32,000 bases of DNA, taken from contig NZ_PQWO01000006.1 in assembly GCF_003231495.1 (NCBI RefSeq), forward strand, positions 150,001-182,000, given 5' to 3'. Positions 18,713 through 26,419 of this stretch are shown in pieces. A model generated the notes under the pieces. That model had not been told where the DNA came from and searched no databases. It saw nothing but the letters and a program-made list of their open reading frames with translations. Both the position numbers and the translations under genes were made by a program. Source of the DNA: Acaryochloris thomasi RCC1774. Its GTDB lineage: Bacteria; Cyanobacteriota; Cyanobacteriia; Thermosynechococcales; Thermosynechococcaceae. How positions within the stretch are numbered: the first letter of the stretch is position 1; each line of letters begins with the position of its first letter.

Positions 18713-19603
18713 TTAGTGCATCAGCCAGCTAGATAAATCCTTCTGAATGTATTCTTGAAGTCTGAGTATATCTTCCTCATAGGTTTTTACCAATGTCTCC
18801 CGCAGGTCATCAGGCAAATCAGGCTTAGACTTTCTGTTTTTTTCTCGAATATTTCGCAGTATTATTTTCCATTGATCGGGGAGGTACGGCTTTAGAAAAG
18901 AAATTGGTGAACTAGGGACAAGCATCTTGTTGATGAGCAGGTTTTGAGGTACTGAAGATACGTTCTTCCGAGACAAGTCAGGAACGAATCCTGAGTCAAC
19001 TTCAAGAAATTTGAATATGTTTTTCAATGTGTCTAGCGGATTCTGGTTTAACTCTTCGTAGAGAAATATCTTGAGCTGCTGAGGTGAAAAAAGCTCAGAG
19101 TATCTAGATATTTGTTCATAATAGAATCCTGCTTCTTTATATCGCCAGCCCGGTCTCCAGTCTTCTTTAGAACGCTTTTCCTCTTCCTCAAGCGCTTCTT
19201 TGAAAGTTAAATTTTCAGCACCGTCCCTGCGCTGATAGCAGTAGGCTGAAAATGCACGATCGCAAGGGTTTCTAAGGACAGTAATTAACTTGGCTTGTGG
19301 TATGAGTTCCTTGATTCTGTTAGGAGATTTTGGGAAAAACATATACTCAGTGGAGGCTTCTCCAATTGCCTTCTCTGTTGTAACGCCTCTGAATAGACTT
19401 TTATACTCTTGGAGTCCCATCTGTTTTCTTCTTGCTCCTTTACGAACCAGACTATTCGGAGGGGTCGCATAAAACTCTGGCGCAAAAAAACGTGGTTCTT
19501 TAGCTGGACTGATATAAATTTCAGGATGCTGCCCTAGGTAGTGACACAGCGAAGTTGTGCCACATTTAGCAGGGCCTATTATTATAAAATTAGGTAGTGT
19601 CAT
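18713..19603 (-). CDS. Sulfotransferase, carbohydrate (heparan-sulfate NDST/3-OST-like) type
   Basis: 296 aa. FIIIGPAKCGTTSLCHYL (5'-PSB) and VLRNPCDRAFSAY (3'-PB) closely follow the IIG-x-x-K-x-GTT-x-L / LRNP-x-DR-x-x-S pattern of HS N- and 3-O-sulfotransferase domains. Confidence 0.85.
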   Translation of the reverse strand: MTLPNFIIIGPAKCGTTSLCHYLGQHPEIYISPAKEPRFFAPEFYATPPNSLVRKGARRKQMGLQEYKSLFRGVTTEKAIGEASTEYMFFPKSPNRIKELIPQAKLITVLRNPCDRAFSAYCYQRRDGAENLTFKEALEEEEKRSKEDWRPGWRYKEAGFYYEQISRYSELFSPQQLKIFLYEELNQNPLDTLKNIFKFLEVDSGFVPDLSRKNVSSVPQNLLINKMLVPSSPISFLKPYLPDQWKIILRNIREKNRKSKPDLPDDLRETLVKTYEEDILRLQEYIQKDLSSWLMH

Positions 19604-19828
19604 AAACTGGACTCCGTTAAGTATTTAGACTTGCAAGCTCTATCGATAGAGATATCTCTTGCAACAACGTAACTTTCCCCTGTTCTGAACTACCCCACCC
19701 ATTTCTATGACTCTTCGTTGCGTTTTCCTGCGTGTAGATACAAGTTTCTTACTCTGGCGCAATAGATGCTGCTCGTATCATCTGTCATTCGGGCTTTAGG
19801 CTCAGGATGTATTTGAGCCTATATCTTG

Positions 19829-20719
19829 TCAGTCTAACCAACGAGAAAGGTCTCGCTCAATAAGATTCTGAAGGCTGAGTATATCTTCCCTATAATCTTT
19901 AGTTAACTGTTCTTTAATATCTGCAGGCATAGCTGAAAACTTCTTTGAATTCCAGCTTCTGACTTTATTGGCAACGCTGACCCTGAGTTGTTCGGGCACA
20001 ACCTGCTTGGCAAAGGATCGTAGCGAGTTGCGCTCGCTTAGGATGTTCTGCAAAATTTTGACCTTAGGGTTGTTCGACACGTTCTTGTGAGTTAATTCTG
20101 GCGTGAAGGTATCATCAACCTCCAAAAACGAGAATAGATCTCGGATGACATCTAAGGGGCTAGCAATTAAGTCATCAAACAAATAAATTTTTAGTTGACT
20201 GCGATCAAATCGTTCGAAGTAGGGTTTGAGCTGTGCGTAGTAATATCCCCCCTGCCGATAATGCCAAAGGTGAGCCCAGTTTTGATGAATTCGCTTATCT
20301 TCTGCCTGTAGAGCCTCTGCGAACGAAAGAGACTCCTGAGCAATCAAATGCTTGTAGCAGGAATAAGCCCTATCAACTGGGTTCCGAAGGACTGCAATCA
20401 GTTTTGTGTCAGGGACGTAGTGGGCAATGCGATCAACCGCTTTTGCACTATAAAGGTATAGCGGTGAAGCCTCCCCGATTGCTGTTTCATGGGTAACGCC
20501 ATCGAATAGTTTGTGATATTCAGATAAAGTCGTTACTGAAGTGTGATTGATGGATTGATCAGGATTTTGAAAGTTCAACTCTTCATCTTCTAGAGCAAAA
20601 AAGCGAGGCTCCTTCAATGGGCTCATATAGATTTGAGGGTGCTGATCAAGGTAGTAGTAGAGAGAGGTTGTTCCTCCTTTCGCTGCACCAATGATCAAGA
20701 AGTTAGGTAGTCGATCCAT
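19829..20719 (-). CDS. Sulfotransferase, carbohydrate (heparan-sulfate NDST/3-OST-like) type; tandem paralog of 18713..19603
   Basis: 296 aa with FLIIGAAKGGTTSLYYYL and VLRNPVDRAYSCY. It is collinear with the neighbouring sulfotransferase along its full length, roughly 40-45% identity by eye. Confidence 0.85.
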   Translation of the reverse strand: MDRLPNFLIIGAAKGGTTSLYYYLDQHPQIYMSPLKEPRFFALEDEELNFQNPDQSINHTSVTTLSEYHKLFDGVTHETAIGEASPLYLYSAKAVDRIAHYVPDTKLIAVLRNPVDRAYSCYKHLIAQESLSFAEALQAEDKRIHQNWAHLWHYRQGGYYYAQLKPYFERFDRSQLKIYLFDDLIASPLDVIRDLFSFLEVDDTFTPELTHKNVSNNPKVKILQNILSERNSLRSFAKQVVPEQLRVSVANKVRSWNSKKFSAMPADIKEQLTKDYREDILSLQNLIERDLSRWLD

Positions 20720-20842
20720 TTTTTAATCTAAGCGTTAGAAATATTGATGGGTTATACTTCGGGCTATTTAATTTCTGTTGTGCTAGTGATGCATCAATTT
20801 ACTAGAAACAAAAACGTTTTTCTCCAAAGAGTAGGCAGGCTT

Positions 20843-23554
20843 TTATTCTGTTTTGCGTAAGCTTTGATCTAGGTTTCTTTGTATTTTTTTCGATAAGATT
20901 TGAACGTATGGCTCATGAACCATGGTGTTATGGTGCCCAGGAATCTCTTGAGTATTTACTTCTTTCTTTGTGACGGCTTCCCATCCGAGAGAAAGATTGT
21001 CTCGGATGGTCGTTGGACGCTCGACAGACCGATATAGATTTATCTTTCCTGAGTAGCAGAAATCTGGATGGTAGGAGTTAAATGCTTCGTAGTTAGCTAA
21101 CTTTATTTCACGATAAATAGGAAGGTTCTCATAGATCTCAGGAAGCTCGTTGTGCAGCGTATCATTAATCAAAAATGCTGTCTTATCAATTCTCTCCCAA
21201 ATGAAACTAGGAATGACACCCTTAAGTCGTTCAAGTATATAACCTACTTTGCGTCTTGGATTAACACGCGAAAGATTAAAAAAGTGAATATATATTTGAT
21301 AGGTCAGGGAAGGCATATGAATGCGAGGGCGAGGTTGATGCCCGGGTGCAAATGTGTCAATCATGCCAACAAATGCCACATCATGACCTTTTTCTTCAAG
21401 CTGTCTGGCAACTTCGTAAGCGACTAATCCGCCCCCTGAATGTCCGATTAAAGAATAGGGACCCTTTGGCTGCAGCGTTTGTATCTCTCGAATAAAATGA
21501 GCTGCCATATCTTCGATCTGGCTAAAAACAAGATTTTCCTTCCCACCTAGTGCGGGGGGCTGAAGCCCGTAGAATGGCTGCTCTTTATCGAGATAGGTCG
21601 CAATGTTGTGATAATGTAAAATACTGGGCTCAACTGAGTGCATGCAAAAAAGTGCAGGTTTAGAACCTTCTGGCTTAATGGCGACAAGTGAATTCCACTC
21701 AGATGAATTTTCTTCAGTTAGAAGAGCGGCGAGCTTCTCAATACTGGGGGCTTGAAAAATTTTACTGAAGGGAAGCTTCTTATCAAACGTCTCTTCAATT
21801 TGAGAGAACAGTTCAATGGCCGCTAGAGATTTTCCGCCGAGTTCAAAAAAGTTGTCTTGAACTCCAATCTGCTCTAGGTTTAAGACAGTCTGCCAAATCT
21901 TTGTCAGCTGTAATTCTGCAGGATTTCGAGGTGCCAGATAATTCTTGTTGTTGTCTGTATCTAGTGAGCGATTGAGAGCGTCGAGCTTATCTTTTAATTG
22001 TTTTTGCTCAACGGTCCCTAGTGGTCTAATATCAGCTAGCGTTGCTTCGGGTTGTGCAATCGCTCGCTCCAGTAGAATCATCCAGTGCTGAAACAGGCTT
22101 TTCAGGGTTGCCTTATCAAACAGATCTGTTTTGTATTGGATGTACCCACCCATATCATCGCCATCGGGCTCAACGAATATCGCTAGATCAAAGTCAGCTG
22201 TGTCTATTGCCATCTCTTCTTTGCTCAAGGCTTGAGCTGTCATTTGGCCGAGTTCAAGAGGCTGTTGTGGGCCATTCTGCTGACTTTGAAGAACAAATAG
22301 TGCGCGGGATAGAGGAACACCTGCTAATGATGGAAAGCCCGCAATTTGCTGCAGGGGCACGTCGGGGTAATCGTAGATGGCTGTGATCGTCTGTTGTTCC
22401 TGATTCATTAGTTCTCGGAACGTCAATTCACTCGTGACCCGCGTACGCAGGGGCAGAATATTGTTGAAATATCCAATCAGTTTTTGCGTATCACTGCGGC
22501 TGCGTCCTGCTACTGGTGAGCAAACAATGAGATCAGTCTGCCCGCTGTAGCAGTGCAATAATGCTTTGAATGACGCGAGAAGAACAGTGAACTGAGACTT
22601 ACCCTCCTGCTGGCAAAAATCAGTGAAGGCACGGCAGAGAGGACGCTCTATCCTGAAAGACTGACAGCGTCCCTGCATGCTTTGATTGTTTGAGTAGGCC
22701 CGATCGAGGGGCAGCTTCAAGGCCTCGGGAGTCTCATCGAAGACCTGCTGCCAATACTCTACTTGGGGTTTGAGAGCATCTCCTGAAAGCCACTCCTGAT
22801 GCCAAGCCGCAAAGTCGACATACTGAAAAGGCAGCTCTGGTAATGCGGAGGATATATTTGATCCTCCTGCATTGTATAGAGAAGATAGCTCTGAAATAAT
22901 TAAGCCCAAAGACCAGCCGTCTGCCACCATGTGATGGACCACAATAACCAGTAAGTATTCCTGTGACGATATCTGGAGCAAGGTGTAGTTGATCAGCGGT
23001 CCCTTGTCTAGCTCGAAGGGTTGCTTACTGATCTCTGCGACCCTGCGTAGCGCTTGGCTTTCTGCGTCACTCTGCTCCTGTAAATTAACGATCGTAAGGG
23101 CAGGGGGAGTTTCTGCTTGGATGACGACTTTGGGACCACTACCGTTACTGGTGTAGATAGTTCTTAGAACTTCATGGCGGTTAACAATTGTTTTCAGCGC
23201 GGCCTCAAGGCGTTCGATATGAAGATTGCCCGTCAGCCAAAAGGCCATGGGTAGGTTATATATACCCATGCCTGCCTGAAGCTGATCAACTAACCACAAG
23301 CGTTCTTGGGCCATTGAAACCTGCAAGGGGACATCTCGGGAAGTGACAGGGATAGGAGTAAGAGTCGAAGCTAAACCCGAGAAAGTCTTGGTCTGACTCA
23401 GTAATTGCAGCAGCTCTGGTTTGGACTGCTTTAAAGTCTCTTGGAGTTCAGGGGTAAATTTCCCTTTAGGAGCTCGGATGCGCAACCTATCGTTTTCAGC
23501 AGATACCTTGATCCCCAGTTGAGATAACTCAGATAGCAGACCCTCCAAACTCAT
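20843..23554 (-). CDS. NRPS-like termination protein lacking an adenylation domain: N-terminal docking domain - condensation (C) - thiolation (T) - thioesterase (TE); copy 1
   Basis: 903 aa. A TubC_N/beta-hairpin-type docking N-terminus (MSLEGLLSELSQLGIKVSAENDRLRIRAPKGKFTPELQETLKQSKPELLQLL). C motifs SMAQERLWLVDQL and HHMVADGWS (22910-22936). T motif FFELGGKSLAA (Ser codon 21827-21829). TE motif GHSGGG (Ser codon 21437-21439), with later D and H candidates (GMIDTF, PGHHNTM). GGAGGA lies 8 nt before the ATG. Confidence 0.85.
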   Translation of the reverse strand: MSLEGLLSELSQLGIKVSAENDRLRIRAPKGKFTPELQETLKQSKPELLQLLSQTKTFSGLASTLTPIPVTSRDVPLQVSMAQERLWLVDQLQAGMGIYNLPMAFWLTGNLHIERLEAALKTIVNRHEVLRTIYTSNGSGPKVVIQAETPPALTIVNLQEQSDAESQALRRVAEISKQPFELDKGPLINYTLLQISSQEYLLVIVVHHMVADGWSLGLIISELSSLYNAGGSNISSALPELPFQYVDFAAWHQEWLSGDALKPQVEYWQQVFDETPEALKLPLDRAYSNNQSMQGRCQSFRIERPLCRAFTDFCQQEGKSQFTVLLASFKALLHCYSGQTDLIVCSPVAGRSRSDTQKLIGYFNNILPLRTRVTSELTFRELMNQEQQTITAIYDYPDVPLQQIAGFPSLAGVPLSRALFVLQSQQNGPQQPLELGQMTAQALSKEEMAIDTADFDLAIFVEPDGDDMGGYIQYKTDLFDKATLKSLFQHWMILLERAIAQPEATLADIRPLGTVEQKQLKDKLDALNRSLDTDNNKNYLAPRNPAELQLTKIWQTVLNLEQIGVQDNFFELGGKSLAAIELFSQIEETFDKKLPFSKIFQAPSIEKLAALLTEENSSEWNSLVAIKPEGSKPALFCMHSVEPSILHYHNIATYLDKEQPFYGLQPPALGGKENLVFSQIEDMAAHFIREIQTLQPKGPYSLIGHSGGGLVAYEVARQLEEKGHDVAFVGMIDTFAPGHQPRPRIHMPSLTYQIYIHFFNLSRVNPRRKVGYILERLKGVIPSFIWERIDKTAFLINDTLHNELPEIYENLPIYREIKLANYEAFNSYHPDFCYSGKINLYRSVERPTTIRDNLSLGWEAVTKKEVNTQEIPGHHNTMVHEPYVQILSKKIQRNLDQSLRKTE
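20870..21679 (-). other. Copy 1: thioesterase domain (approximate)
   Basis: G-x-S-x-G as LIGHSGGGLVAYEVA, with downstream Asp and His candidates. This segment is visibly AT-rich. Confidence 0.75.
21707..21919 (-). other. Copy 1: thiolation (PCP) domain (approximate)
   Basis: YLAPRNPAELQLTKIWQTVLNLEQIGVQDNFFELGGKSLAAIELFSQI; predicted phosphopantetheinyl Ser codon at 21827-21829. Confidence 0.8.
22022..23329 (-). other. Copy 1: condensation domain (approximate)
   Basis: Runs from C1-like SMAQERLWL to ...LLERAIAQPEATLADIRPLG; HHMVADGWS catalytic motif at 22910-22936. Confidence 0.8.
23390..23554 (-). other. Copy 1: N-terminal docking domain (approximate)
   Basis: Residues 1-55. Pattern L-x-x-L-x-x-x-G-(I/V)-x-(L/V)-x-x-x-x-D-(R/K)-L-R-(I/V)-x-AP-K-G-x-x-TPEL is typical of TubC_N-type docking domains. 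Confidence 0.7.
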
Positions 23555-23707
23555 GTAATTTCCTCCATTTCCTTTTCTAGATCACCGGATAATGTAGCCT
23601 CCGGCATAAATCACATTGGTGCTTCTTCCTTGACTCAAGGCTTCATTCCCTTGTGAACCTGTATTGTTCGCTTTTTCTGCGGGAATTTTGGGTAATATAG
23701 CCTGATT

Positions 23708-26419
23708 CTAATTTGATGTCTGTGTCGGCTCGTTGAAACGGATTGATATTTTCTGAGCCTCGTCCAAGCATGCTCCGAGCTGCTGAGCTACGTCTTGAAC
23801 GTAGGGCTGGCTCAGCATTTTTCCATGATAGCCTGGGACAGAATGAACTTCTATCTTCCCGTCGATTAACTCTCCCCAACCTAGGTCAGGCGCGCGATAT
23901 ACATGTTGCTGGTCAACATTTCGTTCAGTGGCTCGAAGAATGGTTAACGTATCTGAGTAGATTCTGGGTTCGTAGTCTTTGACGGCTTTGTAATTGGCTT
24001 GCGCGACTCGGTAGGTCACTTCATCGATCGTGGAACTCCAGTGAGGACGTGACTTAGATGAGAAGAAAGGACGAAGGAGCCTGTTCGAGTAACTTTTTTC
24101 CTTGAGCTGATGCTGTAGGAAATTAAGAAAATATTTCAGAAAAACGAGAGGATGAACTCGAAATCGCAGAAGATTCATCGCATTATAAAGCCACCTCTTC
24201 AACGGTGAGACATCCCGTATTGAGTCAAACAAGACCAGCAGTGCTACCTTTTGACCTTTCTGACGAAGTTGCTGGGCCATTTCAAAGGCTACGATACCGC
24301 CAAAGGAGTATCCTCCAAGAAAATAAGGTCCTTCTGGCTGAAACGTTCTTATTTCTTGAAGATAGTCTGCGGCCATGTCTTCAATGCGAACATTTGCAGA
24401 GTGCTGACCATCTAGAGCACGGGACTCTAAACCATAGAAGGGCTGCTCTGAGTCTAAAAGACTCGCTAAAACTCGAAAATTGAGGACGTGACCCCCTCTG
24501 CCACAAACGCAGAAAAAAGGAGGCTTAGCACCATGGGGCTGCAAGGGAACAATCGGAGACCAGGGAGCCGACTCATCTTTCTTACGGATTGTTTCGGCTA
24601 GCTGTTCAACGGTTGGTGCTTCAATCAAGGTCGCCAACGGTAGCTTTTGATCACAGACCATTTTGATCTGATTGAACAACTGCAGCGCTAACAACGAAGA
24701 GCCGCCTAGATCAAAGAAGTTATCATGCACGCCAACCTGGTCTACACCCAAAACAGTTTGCCAAATTTGTGTTAACTGTAGCTCTACGGGATTGCGAGGG
24801 GCAACGTAGTGGGCCTGATCTTGTTCGGCTTTGGCTGAAAGCTGATTGAGTGCATCAACTTTATCTTGTAATTGTTGACGCTCAACGGTGCCGAGGGGCT
24901 GCAGCTCACTTAATGTTGCTTCTGGCTGCTCAAGTGCTCGCTCTAGCAAAGTCACCCAGTGACGAAAGAGATCTTCGACTGTGGATTGCTCAAAAAGCTC
25001 TGTTCGATACTGAATATATCCGCCGAACTGATGGGGGGCTGGCTCTACAAAAATTGCTAGATCAAAGTCAGCGGTATCAACGCCCATTTCTTCTTTTGTT
25101 AGCGGTTGAGCGGTTACTGCATCAAGGGTCAGAGCCTGCTGGGGACCGCTCTGTTGACTTTGAAGGACGAACAACGCTCGGGATAGGGAAATACCTGCTA
25201 AATTCGGGAAATTGGCAATCTGTTGCAAAGGTACGTCAGGATAGTCATAAATTGCGGTGACTGTTTTCTGCTCCTGTTGGATAAGGTCACGAAAGGTTTG
25301 GTGACTAGAAACCTGGGTCCGCAAGGGCAAGATGTTATTGAAATACCCGATTAACTGCTGTGTGTCGCTGCTGCGCCCCGCGACTGGCGAACAGACGATG
25401 AGGTCCTTTTGGCCGCTATAGCAGTGCAGCAATGCTTTGAAGGATGCCAAAAGGACCGTGAATTGAGACTTACCTTCCTGCTGGCAAAAAGCGATGAGGG
25501 CTTGAGAGAGCGAGCTATCTATATTGAAAGTCTGGCAGCGTCCCTGCGTGCTTTGACTGGTTGAGTGGAGCCGATCTAGAGGTAGCTTGAGGGTTTCTGG
25601 AGAGTCTGTAAAAATTTGGTGCCAATAGTCTAGCTGAGGCGTCAATTGTTCACTCGCTAGCCATTGTTTTTGCCAAGCTGCGAAGTCAGCATATTGAAAG
25701 GGAAGATCTGTGAAAGATACTTCGCCTGAGCCTTTGGCATTGTAGAACGCAGATATTTCAGAAATGATCAGTCCTAAGGACCAACCGTCTGCCACCATGT
25801 GATGAACAACAATAACGAGTAAGGACTCATCGGCAGCTAAGCGGATCAGGCTGTAGTGGATGAGAGGTCCTTGAGCGAGGTCAAAGGGTTTCTTACTCAG
25901 CTCTGCAACTAAGCCTAAAGCTTGAACTTCAGGTTCAGGATGCTGCTGTAGGTCAGTACAGGTCAGTGCTGGGGCCGTTGTCTCAATGATGACGCTGGGA
26001 CCGTCCCCACTGGGAGGATAGATAGTCCTGAGAACTTCATGTCGCTTGACCAGGGTTTGTAGGGACTTTTCGAGCCGATCTGCGTCAAGATGACCGGTCA
26101 GTCGAAACGCCATGGGCAGATTGTAGGTACTGCTGCCAGGTTGGAGCTGATCGACTAGCCACAGACGTTCCTGGGCGATAGAAACGGGTAGAGGAGCATC
26201 GCGGGAAAGAAGCGGAATGGCGTTCGCTGCCTTTGCAGGACTGGCAACTGTTCTTTGCTGGCTGAGGAGATTGAGCAGCTCTGGTTTTGATTGGTGCAGG
26301 GCGGCCCGCAGCTCTGGGGTAACTCGACCTTTTGGAGCCCGGACGCGCAGCTTGTCGTCCTGCACGGAAATTTTAATCCCACGTTGGGACAGATCGGACA
26401 ACAGTTGTTCCAGGCTCAT
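23708..26419 (-). CDS. NRPS-like termination protein lacking an adenylation domain: docking - C - T - TE; copy 2, start overlaps the PKS stop
   Basis: 903 aa. Docking N-terminus MSLEQLLSDLSQRGIKISVQDDKLRVRAPKGRVTPELRAALHQSKPELLNLL. C motifs SIAQERLWLVDQL and HHMVADGWS (25778-25804). T motif FFDLGGSSLLA (Ser codon 24695-24697). TE motif GGYSFGG (Ser codon 24305-24307). ATG 26419-26417 overlaps the PKS TGA 26418-26416 (ATGA). Confidence 0.85.
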   Translation of the reverse strand: MSLEQLLSDLSQRGIKISVQDDKLRVRAPKGRVTPELRAALHQSKPELLNLLSQQRTVASPAKAANAIPLLSRDAPLPVSIAQERLWLVDQLQPGSSTYNLPMAFRLTGHLDADRLEKSLQTLVKRHEVLRTIYPPSGDGPSVIIETTAPALTCTDLQQHPEPEVQALGLVAELSKKPFDLAQGPLIHYSLIRLAADESLLVIVVHHMVADGWSLGLIISEISAFYNAKGSGEVSFTDLPFQYADFAAWQKQWLASEQLTPQLDYWHQIFTDSPETLKLPLDRLHSTSQSTQGRCQTFNIDSSLSQALIAFCQQEGKSQFTVLLASFKALLHCYSGQKDLIVCSPVAGRSSDTQQLIGYFNNILPLRTQVSSHQTFRDLIQQEQKTVTAIYDYPDVPLQQIANFPNLAGISLSRALFVLQSQQSGPQQALTLDAVTAQPLTKEEMGVDTADFDLAIFVEPAPHQFGGYIQYRTELFEQSTVEDLFRHWVTLLERALEQPEATLSELQPLGTVERQQLQDKVDALNQLSAKAEQDQAHYVAPRNPVELQLTQIWQTVLGVDQVGVHDNFFDLGGSSLLALQLFNQIKMVCDQKLPLATLIEAPTVEQLAETIRKKDESAPWSPIVPLQPHGAKPPFFCVCGRGGHVLNFRVLASLLDSEQPFYGLESRALDGQHSANVRIEDMAADYLQEIRTFQPEGPYFLGGYSFGGIVAFEMAQQLRQKGQKVALLVLFDSIRDVSPLKRWLYNAMNLLRFRVHPLVFLKYFLNFLQHQLKEKSYSNRLLRPFFSSKSRPHWSSTIDEVTYRVAQANYKAVKDYEPRIYSDTLTILRATERNVDQQHVYRAPDLGWGELIDGKIEVHSVPGYHGKMLSQPYVQDVAQQLGACLDEAQKISIRFNEPTQTSN
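23750..24547 (-). other. Copy 2: thioesterase domain (approximate)
   Basis: G-x-S-x-G as FLGGYSFGGIVAFEMA; LVLFDS and VPGYHGKM are Asp and His candidates. Confidence 0.75.
24575..24787 (-). other. Copy 2: thiolation (PCP) domain (approximate)
   Basis: YVAPRNPVELQLTQIWQTVLGVDQVGVHDNFFDLGGSSLLALQLFNQI. Confidence 0.8.
24890..26197 (-). other. Copy 2: condensation domain (approximate)
   Basis: Runs from SIAQERLWL to LLERALEQPEATLSELQPLG; HHMVADGWS at 25778-25804. Confidence 0.8.
26255..26419 (-). other. Copy 2: N-terminal docking domain (approximate)
   Basis: Residues 1-55. By hand alignment, 38 of the first 54 residues are identical to copy 1. Confidence 0.7.

Noticed and set aside
12481-20719. 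Three sulfotransferases of exactly 296 aa, as a sign of triplication
   Set aside because: Only the two tandem genes are collinear paralogs. The 12481..13371 protein has a different motif set (SULT-type), so the equal length is a coincidence.
18713-24547. CurM/Ols-type sulfotransferase-thioesterase logic (beta-sulfation followed by decarboxylative release to a terminal olefin)
   Set aside because: In those systems the ST is an in-line PKS domain directly before the TE and acts on a beta-hydroxy intermediate. Here the module is fully reducing, leaving no beta-hydroxyl. The STs are stand-alone carbohydrate-type enzymes, and the TEs are fused to C-T.
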